This document shows positions 12,401-25,250 of a stretch of DNA of 64,000 bases, piece by piece (positions within the stretch are counted from its first letter, which is position 1; each line of letters starts with the position of its first letter). Below the pieces are notes generated by a model. The model ran no database searches. It saw only the letters and a list, made by a program, of their open reading frames with translations, and was not told the DNA's origin. A program made the translations under genes and the position numbers. Origin of the DNA: Harriotta raleighana (lineage: Eukaryota); assembly GCA_050575255.1 (NCBI GenBank), contig JBNZDD010013687.1:3767737-3831736 (forward strand), read 5' to 3'.

Positions 12401-15400
12401 GATGTTTAATGGAAATTAGTTTTTTGTTATGGTAACATTAAAGCTCCCAACATCTAACCTATTGGTATTTTCCATTAAATTAGTGGGGTGGTACAGCAAT
12501 TAAAGACCTACTGAGAACTGCCAGTAACCTTCTGTACACCTGACAACTACAAGAATTGCCACTCAACACTTATATGGAATGAATATTTACCAACAGTATT
12601 TGAAACAGGCAACAAATACTGCATTCCCCAGTTTCTCTGCAGCCACCACATAATATCTTGGTTGTACTTAATTCCTATATGTAGAGATCTTCAATCTGTA
12701 ATAGGGGCAGGTAGATTAGTGATGAAAGTTAATATTGTTCAGAAGCCTTGAATCCATCAAGCTGTAGAGTTTGTTTTCTAGGACGTTTTTAGAGATATAA
12801 ACACCCTCCCCCCAAATTAGAGGCCATATCTTCTGTTATTGAAGGCAATCGAAATCAAATAAATATGATTTACCATCATTTTAAAGAATACTTATTCAAT
12901 ACTTGAGTCACATTAGTAAGAATTTCAGACTGAAATAAACCATTAGCCTCCCCTAGCCAACTCATTCAACTTCCAAAAAGGTCAGTAGTTTTAAGTGTTT
13001 TAAGAACTGTAGTGCATGAACTCTCTTTGTTTGATAGACATGACTCTGCATCAGTTAGCAAGATTAGACCAAAGAGGCCTGTGCATGAACAAACAAAAAT
13101 GTGCACACGTGATTAACCAAGGCACTGTGGGCACAGATTGGCGGGATGTAGATTTGTACTCCTGGCTGTTTGTGAAACAATGCTGGGTATAAATTGGCTG
13201 CCCACATGTGGGGAGGTAGGAAAAGAGGTAACCGTTAAAGCGTAATTCAACTTGCGCTGCAAGTTAAAGGGGTTCAGAAACAATCACTGGAATTATACAT
13301 TTTATTACTCACTATTTCAGGTTTGATAACATGTATGAGGCTTTGGGGAAATAGCAATACGTCATTTTTACAGGAAAAGCACAGAAACAGTTAGAGAATA
13401 TTCAATAACAATCACCAAAAGCAAACAAACAAAAACATAACATATTGTCCCCTTATAAGAACTGATCAGCTTCTGGATTCATGCAGTTTTGTTGCATCCA
13501 ATTTGCATCTTAGCACAAAGAAGTTTATTTACATAAAAATAAGGTGTGCATTCGTCAGTAAAAAGTTACATGTAAGGAGTCGCTTTTTTCGAAAGGCCTT
13601 GCACCATATTATAAGTGACCAACATGCCTGAATTCAGGTTACTTTTTAATAAAAGTGGTAGTTTTTTTATTGTTTTAACTTACTTCTGCCCAGTTAGGAT
13701 TTGGAGTGCAAAACACTAATTAATTTTCGACGCTTAAAATAAAAAATAAAGTACATTTAGATGGTCAGAAAAGACTTCCAAAATATTGTCTTATTGTAAC
13801 CAAGGTTATTCTTTTGGAATCATCCTTGATCTGAAAGACAGTCACTTTTCAAGGCACTCTTCCTGACCAGCTTCATCCTGAAAAGTCAGATTTTACAGAC
13901 ATAAAACTGCTACTTTTCACTGGGGCTGGTCACAAGCTCCTTTTGGAGTACAGCAATCAGTGTACATGTCCATACATTGGCTGGAAAACAAGTTCAGAAT
14001 CTCCAACTGAGCTATGTTCCGATTCCTCGATGCATAAATGTGCGGTGTGATTTTACTGTAAATATCAAACTGGGCATCAAATTTAATCACATTCTAATAC
14101 AGCTAATTACTATTAAACTGGTCGTTCCTTAATAACCACATCTCTTTTTAATTTCCACACACCTTGTGTCTAATTTTACAGTATATGTAAAGTTCTGGTT
14201 TTGCAGTTAAAATGATATGCAAAAAGATTGAATTAAAGTAGCTATCTTGCCTTGGGCAAGTTGTTACTGCAGAACGGCAGAAGAAAGAAAATTCATGAGA
14301 ATGAGTAGGGAGCATTTCTGATTCTCAGCTGGGCCACTCAATTTGGGTCTGATTGATCCTGCCTCACTGACTGTTTCTGTACCATGGAATGCAGCAAAGA
14401 CAGATATGATAGGTTTACTGCTGAGTCTGTCACGCCAGCAGACCTTGAGGACAGTGGGACATGACATCTGACGGTGCTCAGCCTTAATAACATTTACCTG
14501 AGACAATAAACAGCTGAAGTTGGTTTCCAAAAATTAGGGCCTATTGAAATGAGAGTAAGGAAAACTTTTCAGCTCAATGCCTTATAAAAACACAATGAAG
14601 TGCACGTCTTCCTTAAGGCCATAAAGATTTACTTTCTTCACTGTAAAGCTACGTTCCGTTTGTATCAGAGATCTGCTTGGTATGTTCCATTCAAATCATT
14701 GTGTTTTTACATCTATAAGTGTACATCTGAAAAAAGAGGCAGAGTGCTGAGCCCACAGACGAGGAAGGTATAATTTGTGATACTCAGTCTTCGCTGTTAG
14801 CTGATCACAATGATCTAGAGGGTGCGCACCATGCTAAATTGGCCTTTTTTGTCTCCTGGGCTGAGGTAAAGGCAAGACTTAGCTTGGGTTCCTGCTTCTA
14901 ATTGCTGTCTGCAAGTTAATTTATTGGATGTTAAATAAGGACAAAAATGACATTGCCTGTAACCCATCCTCCTCTGCCGTTCTTCTACCACTCCTAACCC
15001 CTGCAACTGCATAACCAGACAGCAATATCACTATCTAATCTAAGACATTTGGGCCAGGTTTTGGAGGGATGACAGCAATGAAAATGTATTTCAGCAAGTC
15101 AGTTCCTTGAGGAGAGGAGAAGTAAAGGGATTTAAAAATGTAAAAGCATCAACAGTAAAATCATTGCTTGGAGTAACTTTGCATAGTAGCTAAGAGGTGA
15201 CAATAATTATTGGGATTTCTCACTTTCAAAACATCACAGTTTCTGTTTGTTGTGCTAACTGCATATAATTCTTGTTAATTCAACAGGGCAATGTTTTAAG
15301 TCAAGGTTATTTCGGTGAATATATAGCCTTTTGCTTTAATGTTTGTAAAATGCTTGACAACAGACTTGATGACCAGTTTATCATGTTGTATGAGCTTTGC

Positions 15401-16268
15401 ACTTTTCACCTCTTGTTTTATTGTTTCTATATAAAAATGTTTTATGACTGGCATCACCTTTATAATGTATCTACCATTATGATGTAGAAAAGCAGAATGT
15501 GGGAAACATATCACCAGACTGGTTCTGGTGGAGATTGAACTATAGAACTATTTCTTAAATTGTTTTCATATTAAGAAATCAGATCTACAAAGATATTGTC
15601 CACTTGATGTATGTCTCTGTCATCAAATTGGAGGTTTATAACATGTCATACTACAAGGCCTATAAAACAGCAGCAAAATGCTTGCTTTTTAAAAATGAAG
15701 GTTAGCACTAAATTAATGTATATACATTTGATCTCCAAATTGCCTCAGTATTACAATTTACAAGTTGTTGCTTGAGATAGAGACATAAACCTTTCAACTT
15801 GTCGATCTTATCTGAAACTAATGAATACAGTGCTTCTACATAAGAAATCTCACCGCTAATTTGTGCTGATGAATGATGCTTCTTGCCAAACTACTTTCAT
15901 TTAAACTCCTAAATCATTCTCTAGATGTACTAAGTGTGAGTGTATGTATGTTTTGTACATCTGTACACTTTTTGTTTCAGTAGAAATTTTGAAGATTATT
16001 TTTGTGGAATCGTGAAGGGAACGTGAAATAATTGGTTGTTAATCCATGCTTTTTGAACTCTGAAAATGGGGCATTATTAGTTTAATAAAAAATGTTTTCA
16101 AAATGCAAGGAAGGAATATGATTGGGGTTTAATAATATTCAGCAGTGTTGTACTCGGTAAAAATTGCAGCAAATCTAAGCTTGCACAACTAATGTCATTA
16201 TTTTCTAGGTATTGTTGATTTGATTGAAAAGTGAATCTGATGTTAGACTTTAACTTCTGCCCCCTCAG

Positions 16269-16443
16269 GTGGAACTGACAGGCAGCAGTGTGTTTGATTA
16301 TGTCCACCCTGGAGACCATGTGGAGATGGCAGAGCAGCTGGGCATGAAACTTCCCCCAGGGCGAGGCATTCTCTCACAGGGTACCGCAGAGGATGGAGCC
16401 AGCTCAGCATCTTCGTCCTCACAGTCGGAGACCCCTGAGCCAG
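16269..16443 (+). CDS. NPAS3: NPAS3 internal coding exon, 175 nt (about exon 6 in human numbering); PAS-A and Ser-rich loop
   Basis: Translates as [58 protein letters not shown], recognisably NPAS3. Acceptor ttctgccccctcag|GTG, donor CCAG|gtggga, phase 0 to 1. Confidence 0.97.
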
Positions 16444-19400
16444 GTGGGAATTTGGAGCAGAAAAGGGCAGAGTTGGGGCAGGACCTTTATAAAATGATTG
16501 AGTTCTATTCACTGATGCGAAGACCAGAGGGAAAATAGGTCTAGTGATAGTTACGATTCCGTATAATTTTACTGCTGAAATGTTCAGAATGCATCAGGCA
16601 AGTATGTTAATTTACCCCAAGAAAATGTCACAAATAGGTCTAATTAAAACAGTGTGATTATAACAAACAGTTTTAGGGAATTGTGTTTAATTTATCAGTC
16701 ATAAATTTCTCTAGGATACACTTGATATGAGACCTCCAATGTACAGCACTTATTTAAAACTGAATTTCTGTGAATAGATTTATCTAAGATGGTGCTAGAT
16801 GTCTCTTTTTGTTTGGGTTTGTCGAGACTTTTATTTTCGATACCTGAAGCATATGAACAGTTTGCTGCTGAATTAAATTTTGAATGTGAGGGGAAAACAA
16901 TGCAGTCATTTTGTAGAGGCTCACCCGCCCCCTCCATGCTTTAATTAGTTGAATCTTGGGGGATTGAACAGAAGCAACATTCCTCAATGGGATGCCTTCC
17001 AGACTCCTCACAGACTTTGCATTCAGGATGTTCCCATTTTGATGGTGTTGTACTGATGATAATTTTAGTATTAGGGGAAAATCCATTTATAAATTAAACA
17101 AAATGATTTGATATCCATCAGTCCCCTAGTTCATCAAGCTGTTCAAACAGTAGGAAGATTGGCTGGTCGACTCGGGTCTTCCGAGAGCTCTAGTAATTAG
17201 ATCTGCTAAGGATTTATTCTTCACTGATTGGGGCTTTAAATTAATTGAAGTCCCACATTTGTGGCATTGTCCTTTTTGTACTATATTTTAGAGGAGATGT
17301 TTTATAATCTTACCGGCCAGAGTGGATGAGCAAGAGCAGGAGTGGTTTAAAATGTGAATTTTCTCTGGAGGAGATGAAGAATTTAATGAGAGGTCTGATT
17401 AAGAGTCTAAGTTATGTTTGCTTACTTGGGAAATCATTATTGTACTAAAGAAGGAATGAAAATTTAATACAGCATTCATTTTCTTGTACTGCATATCTAA
17501 CACAAAGCCAGTCAGTTAGGGATGACCATTAATAACTTACAGCATACTGTACATTAGACGGAATTTATTAGATATTCTTCACCTATATGTTTTCAAGAAT
17601 GATGGTGTCTGTGTCACAGTATGAACATTTTATTTCTCTGCTACGAACTCTGAGTGAAATGCATTGAAATAAGTGATGCTTTCTTGAATGTGTTGTTCCC
17701 ATTGATCCAAAGCAGTTAATTCTCCATTTTGGGTACATCTGAACAATTAAGGATGCCCTCAAGAAGATTTCTATTAAAACAGCTCAGTATAATGTTCCTA
17801 TCACAGAAAATAGATAGCCCCTTCAACCGTTCAAAATCTCAACTTGTTATTTGGAGGCAAAATCATCCAATGAAAAATGTACAGCAAATATTTAAGCTAT
17901 TTGCTTCTATGTTTACAAAAGCATTGTCTTGGATATGTCTGAAGTGGAGGAATGCGGCAAGGCATGAAAACTGCTCAGATTTTAAAGTGTGCCCGTCACT
18001 CTTACTGTTGTGGAATAAGCTGTTTAGTAATAATATTTTTTTCACCTTGATACAGTGAGTTTCTTCAATATTCATAGAGTAATGATCAAATAGAAACAGC
18101 AAACCTTCATGTGTACTGTACTGTGGAATTGAAGATAGGCTGCTGTATTAAAGGACTTCACATATATCCGCATCAGTGTTCAATCCATCAGCCTATCTTT
18201 AATTCCAAGGTAGAGTACACAGGCATTCACTGTTGCTTGAAAAACCACTACGTTAACAAATACATGTTCCAAATAAAGTCAATCAAATTGCCCACATTTT
18301 CAAGGAGCTATTTCATTGCTTAATTCTGTTCCATATCATATTAATATTTCATCACAGAAAATGAAATTATAGTTGTGAAATTTTACAGTATCTCCTCACA
18401 TCAGACTAAATAGTCTATGGTAGTTGGGAGAGGAATTGTTTAATATAGCCAATGTTGTTGTGAATGTTTACTCATGGATAATTGCATACAATTAAATATT
18501 TTTGCATGCATCATATGAACCATCCATTAGACTCAGCACCCGTGAACATTTTTAGGTTAATGCATTTTTATAAAGTCTTTGAATGCAACACTGAAAAATC
18601 AAAGTGCACAGACTGTATCCTTGTGATTGCTAAAGGCAATGCTCCCACTATTTTACTAGCTAATGGCATTCTTAAATCAAGTAATTTTTGTAGTTATGAA
18701 TAACTAATTCAGATCTATTTTGAAAAATTAAAGCAGTTTCATAGTACAGTACATTTTAGAACATTTGTGCATGCTTTTCAGAAGGCAAAATCTGAATGTT
18801 TAACATGAAGGAGCAACATTCTCAAATCATTCCAAAAGCTGAGAACATCTGAAAAACACCAGTGATATAGATTTCTTTGATGGATTTGGAGTGTATTCCA
18901 TTCTTCTTCAAAGAATACAAATCTGGAAGAAGTCAACACTTTTTTGCCTAATAAGTTTGCATAAATGAGCTGGTATACGTTTTATTTCATCTTTGTGGGA
19001 AAAAGAACGTTGTCATTTCAGTCCAGTTAATTGCTCGTAAATCACCTACATAGAATCAGAATTAAAATGTTTAGTCAACTTGCTTACTAGGACTGATAAA
19101 ATTCTCTTCAAGCTCGATGCTTTGATGTGCTCAGTGTTGCCTTTTAAAATGACTGCAACCTAAATAATATTTGACACTAGGAATAAACATAGACATTAGA
19201 ATAATATTGTCTCTGTGGCAATGACACATAAACATAGAAAGATTGGCTTGATCTTGTGTGCCTAATGCTTCTCACTTTGCAGAATCTTCACACTTCTGTG
19301 TTCTTCATGTCATTAGTTACAGGTAGGTCAGTCTTCAATTAACACAAGAAAGTTGCAACTCAGTGGAATGTGAAGTAGCTTTATGCATCAATGCACATCC

Positions 19401-21658
19401 TCTCTAAATGCCTATCTGTGTTGTTTCATGATTTTATCACCATGAGCCTGCAATACCCTTACATTTGTTTTCAAGTTTCCTGGATCTTTATTAGGGGGGA
19501 GGAGTGTTGATATAGATGAAGCACACTTCAGAATGAAATTTTAGAGAACAAGTCCAAATATACAGATCTTGTGCACAATCTACTTGTTAGTTTCAGAGTA
19601 GTCCTCTGTGTTCTTTAGGGTAGAAATGTTGCACTTTATTTGCCATAGCATCAACTCCCCCATAGGGTGCACTGTATATGCCTTAAGTGTATGTGCACTG
19701 CCTTAAGCACCAATTCACATTATTCTGGCAAGATTCTTCTAAAGAAAAATGCTGAAACAATGATTTCAAATGTCAAGGTCACACTTTTTTTGCAGAGAAC
19801 ATTGGCAAAGAATAGCTTGAGAACTTTACTATCTTGGAAGAAGCTTGTCACAATGGTGATGAGAAATGCAAAGCCCCCTGGCTCTCCGCCACTGTTCTTG
19901 TGTGTACTGACCCTATATTTACACAATTTGATCTTTTGTCTGCTATCAAAATCTTTAAGAGCTTTGGCCAAAGCTTAGTCTTCCTTCTTCAACCCTTTTC
20001 TGATTTGAGGCTTTTTCCCATTTCCCTGAAATCAGTCATTGGTGACCTCCATCTCATTTTCCTCTTGGATGAACTGAAATCTATTTGGGGACATGGAGAT
20101 TCCACATGGTGGAAAAGGGTTTATTTACTGTGGTCGTTCGCCACATGTTCATAGGCGTCATGCACTAGCAATTCGCGTTTGTTCCTATACGTACAAATCA
20201 AAAAAAGTTAAGATTTGGATCGCCTTATGTATCTTCAGTCAACACTATTTCTTAGACCTTACTCATTTCAAGTAGATATCTATTATTGTCCTTGCTGTTG
20301 ACTTACATGAAAGGAATATAAATTATTTAATGCCCTTTTGCCATTTGAACAAATAAACTTGCTAGTGAAAATCTGGGGAGCCGGGTGGGAAGATTCTGAA
20401 GGGAAAAAAAATTATTATTCTATTTGTTAATTGAATTTTGAATAGAAATGTTTTCAAACAATCCTCAGGGACTATTTCACATTTGGGGTTTAAGGTTTCA
20501 GCTGAATGTTTCTTTCTCCATTTCTTTCCTGTCCCCCCACCCCCCCAGCTAAATTTGAACTGGTAAGCCACACCACAAAGACTGATATTGTAGGGAACAA
20601 GAGGGCAGTGACAATAAACTATAGTGGGAATGCAGATAACATTAAATTAGTTTAATAATAAAATGCTAGGTTTGTTATCAGCGTATTGTTTGGTTTATAG
20701 GACCTTCCAATTAGTCCAGTAGGAATTGTGATCACATTAGAGAAATGAATGTAGAATTTGGTAGGTTTCCCTTGGGGTGTAGCTTGTAGAAGACTATTGT
20801 TGTAGAATCATTATTCAAAATGAAAATGCCCTTCCTACAGACTTTGGCAGTAATATAACTTGCTAAAAGCCCTTGAATGTAAACTATGATAAACTTTACT
20901 GATAATATATATGACATTTAGTATCGTTCTGTATTCATATACTGTAGTATTGTCAGGCTGGCAAACAAGAAAGGTAAAAAACCCTTTTTTAATGGTTTAA
21001 TGTTGTCACAGTAGTTATTGGAGGAAGCATTTTTGTGATTAGTATTTTGCAGACTTAACTGTAACATTAATATTTTTTTCATATTGTTGTGTTCTGTGCC
21101 TTGCTTCAATCCCTTTTTAAAAATATATCTTCTGCTCTTTTACATTCAAAGCTGATGTGGATAATGCCAGTTCTTCTGAATTGTGATTAAGATTGTTTCT
21201 TTTACATTCGCAACCCACAATTCGTGAAGATACCATTTTTCAATGTCCCATCTCTCTGATAAATCTACATTTTGTAGACTTTACAAATTTCCTATATTTT
21301 GAGTTTGGAGTTGTCCAAATTGTTAGAATCACACTATGTCTCAGCTCAATTGATGCATTTAGGCAAGTCTGAAATGATTGCAGACCGAAAGTTAAAAAAT
21401 CAGCGTTCTATTCTCTAGTATCATCAAGTTTTAAATTATAGCAGAACAGCATTTGTCAAAAGATTATTTTTAATCAGATGCAAAAGTGCATCTTCCAAAT
21501 GTTTTGCATTAGTTGTGAAAATAACCTTCAGCCGAAGTTCCATGCCATTTTATTAAAGTTCACATCGACTGCAGGTAGCACACAGCTTCTATAGGTTTGT
21601 AATATCCAATATATATTTATGGATGAAACTTTACTTTTTTAATTTTTTGTAGACTGTT

Positions 21659-21978
21659 TATAATAATAATAATAATCCTTGCATTTGATATAGCACTTTT
21701 CACATCTTATCAACGTCCCAAAGCGCTTCACAGAATATACTGTAAAGTGAATTGACTGTATATTTGTGGGCGGAACGCGGCAGCCAATTGCGCACAGCAG
21801 TGTCCCACAAACAGTCGTGGATTGAAATGACCAATTTTATTATTGTAGTTTTTTTAGAGGGATTATTATTAGGCATGTGGAGTAAGGAAACTTGCCCACG
21901 GTTTCGCCCTGATCTGCCTGGATTCAAACACAGGTCTCATGTAAGGCGAGTCCTCTAACCACTGAGCCACAGGAGCTC
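21659..21978 (-). mobile_element. Full-length tRNA-derived SINE (Deu-type core, L2-type tail; SINE2-1_CM-like)
   Basis: (taa)n tail, core ggcagccaattgcgcacagcagtgtcccac, Pol III A/B boxes at the right end; near-identical copies at 33229, 35807, 45605 and 46571. Confidence 0.92.
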
Positions 21979-22299
21979 TAAGTGCATAGTATCATATTTA
22001 TTTGTTTTTCCTTTCTGTGAACATTTAACACTGGATCATTCCTGTTTTTTGCTTTCTTCAGCCTGTAGGCCAAAATAGTGGGCTTCCCTGCATCCATATA
22101 ATCATCTGACAGTAGAAATGGGATGGGTTTCTATGATGATTTATTGATGCAAAGTGCACCACTCACCATCTGCAAAACATATCACTAAAACACAGTTGAG
22201 TTCAAATAAAAAAACAAGGTATTAAACATACAAATAGATCAAGGCTTGAAATCTTTCAAGTTGTTCCTATTCGATGCGAATTTGAAAAAAATTACAGTA

Positions 22300-23008
22300 C
22301 AGTTAACCCTTGTAGAACGCGAATTGCAATTGCAACAAAACAAAAGCATCACTTTTTTGTGCAGCGCGCGTAAAACTTGTGTATACACGTCAGCTGGCCC
22401 CCACACACATGCACACGTGTGAGGACACCGACCGCTCCCGACTAAATCCGGCTGGTTGGTCCTGCACGCATGCGCACTTTTGTTGAGGCTAGCAGTTCCC
22501 GACTAAAGCCAATGATTCCTCAGCTGGCTGGCCCTGCTTTTGATAACAGAAGAGACAGAGAGAGAGAACAGTAATGCAATCTAGCTGTTGTTTTATTGCT
22601 TTACTGCTTTTTTATTGCTTTATAGTAATAAAGCGATAAAGCAGTAAAGCAATAAAAAGCTTTACTTTTTNCCCCCCCCCCCCCCCCCCCCCCCCCCCGG
22701 CCCTGAGCGGCTCTCTGCTCCACCCCGCCCCCAAGTGGCTCTCTGCTCCCACCCCCAATCGGCTCTCTTCTCCCACCCCACCTCCCCACCCCTGAGCAGC
22801 TCTCTTCTCCCACACACCCCTGCCCCCAAGCGGCTCTCTGCAACCACACACCTCCGCCCCCGAATGGCTCTCAATGGCTTGAGGTAGGTAGCTTGAGGTA
22901 GGTAACCCTAACACCTTTTCCCATTACTTCTTAAGCTTCTCCAAAGCGATTTCTTTGAGCACACAGTTTTCCAGTAACGTAACCCCCACGATCGACGAGG
23001 GTTAACTG
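22300..23008. mobile_element. Non-autonomous Tc1/mariner (Tigger/pogo-like) DNA transposon (MITE)
   Basis: TIRs CAGTTAACCCTTGT and ACGAGGGTTAACTG match at 13/14. TA on the left, CA on the right (probably a mutated TA). Subterminal aacgtaaccccc motif; no transposase ORF. Confidence 0.8.
22672..22872. repeat. Poly-C tract plus C-rich minisatellite inside the MITE
   Basis: 27 C at 22672-22698, then about six units of ggctctctgctcccacccc. Confidence 0.9.
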
Positions 23009-23859
23009 CATGGTTTTGTATTGAAAAGCGTGATCTGTGACTGTACCCTTTTTATATCGTTCAGAAGCTAAAACTGATACAAATTATTTTTGTTCAGTTA
23101 TGAATGCTCAAATATCATCAGAGTTGCAGCTATTAATTTATATTTTTTAGCAAATAGAAAATATTTATGTTTCTGTGTATGATTCTCTCACCTTCTAACC
23201 CCCATTCTTGAAGTGTAAAACAGATGTGTTTAAACTTGTGTATTCCCAGTCTGTTTCATTTTTCTGTTTGATCCTCTCTTGCCTACATATTCCATTGAGT
23301 TGGATTATTTTGGTTTTGTTCAGCTTTTGTTATTTTATTTTTGTTCAATTAATCTCTGCCTTTTTAAAGTTGAAGTTCAGGGCTGCAAATGTGATATATT
23401 TCCATCTGCTATTTTGACTTTTCTAAAAGCGTTTATATTTACATCATTTATAAAAATGTTCATGACATCCTACGCTTTAGGATCCAATCATTTCTATACA
23501 TAAACCATTTCGTAGTGCTACAAGCAGTCACATTTTAAAGACTCGGTAACTGTACATCACCACATGTAGATCATTTTCAACTGATGTTTAACCAATGATA
23601 GATGATACAAAATTAAATTGCTAAAATATCTATAAGTAAGAGACAGAACCTAGGACACTTTTGAGATCTTTTTAAAGGTCACTGAAGAATGAATATGACA
23701 CCTGAGGAGAAATAGAGGGAATTTAACCCAACACTTTCATGTGGTAATGACAACATTGACGAGAGATCCTCCTACTCGGTCAATGCATTGAAATTCTACT
23801 GGTGTTACCATGTACTCAACAGTAGGCTACAATGCACACAACTCATGCTCAACTCTACT

Positions 23860-23978
23860 TCACGTTTCGCCCCACAAAATATATAGTCAGTTCACTTTAC
23901 AGAGTATTCTGTGAGCGCTTTGAGATGTTTCAAAGTCATGATAAGATGCTATACCAAATGAAAGGATTATTATTATTA
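23860..23978 (+). mobile_element. SINE 3' fragment
   Basis: cacgtttcgccccacaaaatatatagtc...aaatgaaaggattattattatt. Confidence 0.85.
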
Positions 23979-24253
23979 ATAGTCACATGGAAGATGGGGC
24001 AGGCTGTGAGTGTTGGTGAGCCACCTAACCCATACAGCCTTCCAATGATTTTTAAATGGGAAGTGTCTCTGCAACATAGCCCTCCATTTCAAAGCAAGCA
24101 CCTTAAGGTTTGTATCCCCATACTGCTCATTCAGTGCAAGTAGCCGTCTCTTTTCTAGATTATTGGGCTGCACATTTCTGATGTGTTCATATTTTTCAGG
24201 GACGTTCTCATAATGTGAAGTACATACAAGTGCAATTTTGTTTTTGTTGTCTT

Positions 24254-24570
24254 ATAATAATAATAGTAGTCCATGGATTTGGTATAGTGCCTTGTCATTT
24301 CAAAAGGACGTCTCAAATTGTAGGCGAAAGTGACAACTCCGCTTGGGCACAGCAATGTCCAACAAACAGCCATGAAATGAATGACCAATTTTGGCCTGGA
24401 CACTGGGATTGTTAACATCCACCTGAACAGGCAGATGTGATATATCCCCAGCATTGCATTTGGACTTTCATCTTAGACTACAAGTATATGAAATCAAATC
24501 CCGACATGGGATTGGAACGCACACCTTCTGACTCAGAGGAAAGAGTGCTACCAGTTAGCTAGGCTGACAC
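24254..24570 (-). mobile_element. Older Deu-domain SINE (SacSINE1/AmnSINE1-like), internally deleted
   Basis: Tail (taa)n, core gcacagcaatgtcc, aacatccacctgaacaggcag and head ttctgactcagagg...gagtgctacc...ggctgacac; related to 36160-36659 and 55123-55433. Confidence 0.75.
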
Positions 24571-24814
24571 ACCATCCCAAACTTTCAAAGTACAGGTATA
24601 TTCTCCCAGAGGCAGGCAATCTTTTGGCTTTGTTGAATTATGTTGATTGTGTCCTAGACCATGATAAATCCAAGAATTTGTTTTCCAAGCTCAGAATTTG
24701 AGTAATTGTATTATTACATGTGACATTCCTTTCATTGTGATTTGTAACATTTCACTTTGACTGCAGTTTACAACTTTTCTTGATATATTTTATCCTATAT
24801 TACTTCACGTTAAT

Positions 24815-25250
24815 CGGCAAAAGAACCAGAGGGGAGATGAGGATAATTTCAAAGTGTTTTCAAAGTGTTGCGGTCTAGAATGCACGGCCTGAAAGGGTAT
24901 TGGAAATAGATTCAATAACAACTTTCAGAAGGGAATTGGACAGGTGCTTGGAAGACGAAAATTTATAAAGATATGGGGAAAGAGTGGGGAAGTGGGACTG
25001 ATTGAGGAGCTCTTTTAAGAGAGAACTGGATAGGTATCTGGGGAAGACGGGCTTGCAGGGTTATGGGGAGAAAGCTGGTGATTGGGGTTAATGAAAGTGA
25101 CATTGCTCTGTCAAAGAGCCGGCACAGACTTGATGGGCCGAATGGCCTCCTGTGCTGGAACATTCTATGATTCTATGATTCTTCTAAAGAGCTGGCACAG
25201 GCACAATGAGCTGAATGGCCTGCTTCTGAATCATAATATTCTATGATTCT
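24815..25250 (+). mobile_element. Two nested CR1 LINE 3' ends
   Basis: Two CR1 termini, each with a gaatggcct stem region and an (attctatg)n tail; inner copy at about 25015-25182. Confidence 0.85.

Noticed and set aside
19667-20160. Cluster of overlapping ~100-aa ORFs suggesting a retrocopy
   Set aside because: No recognisable protein similarity in the frames I read, no poly-A and no target-site duplication.
22601-22914. Gly-rich minus-strand ORFs
   Set aside because: They are translations of the poly-C and minisatellite tract inside the MITE.
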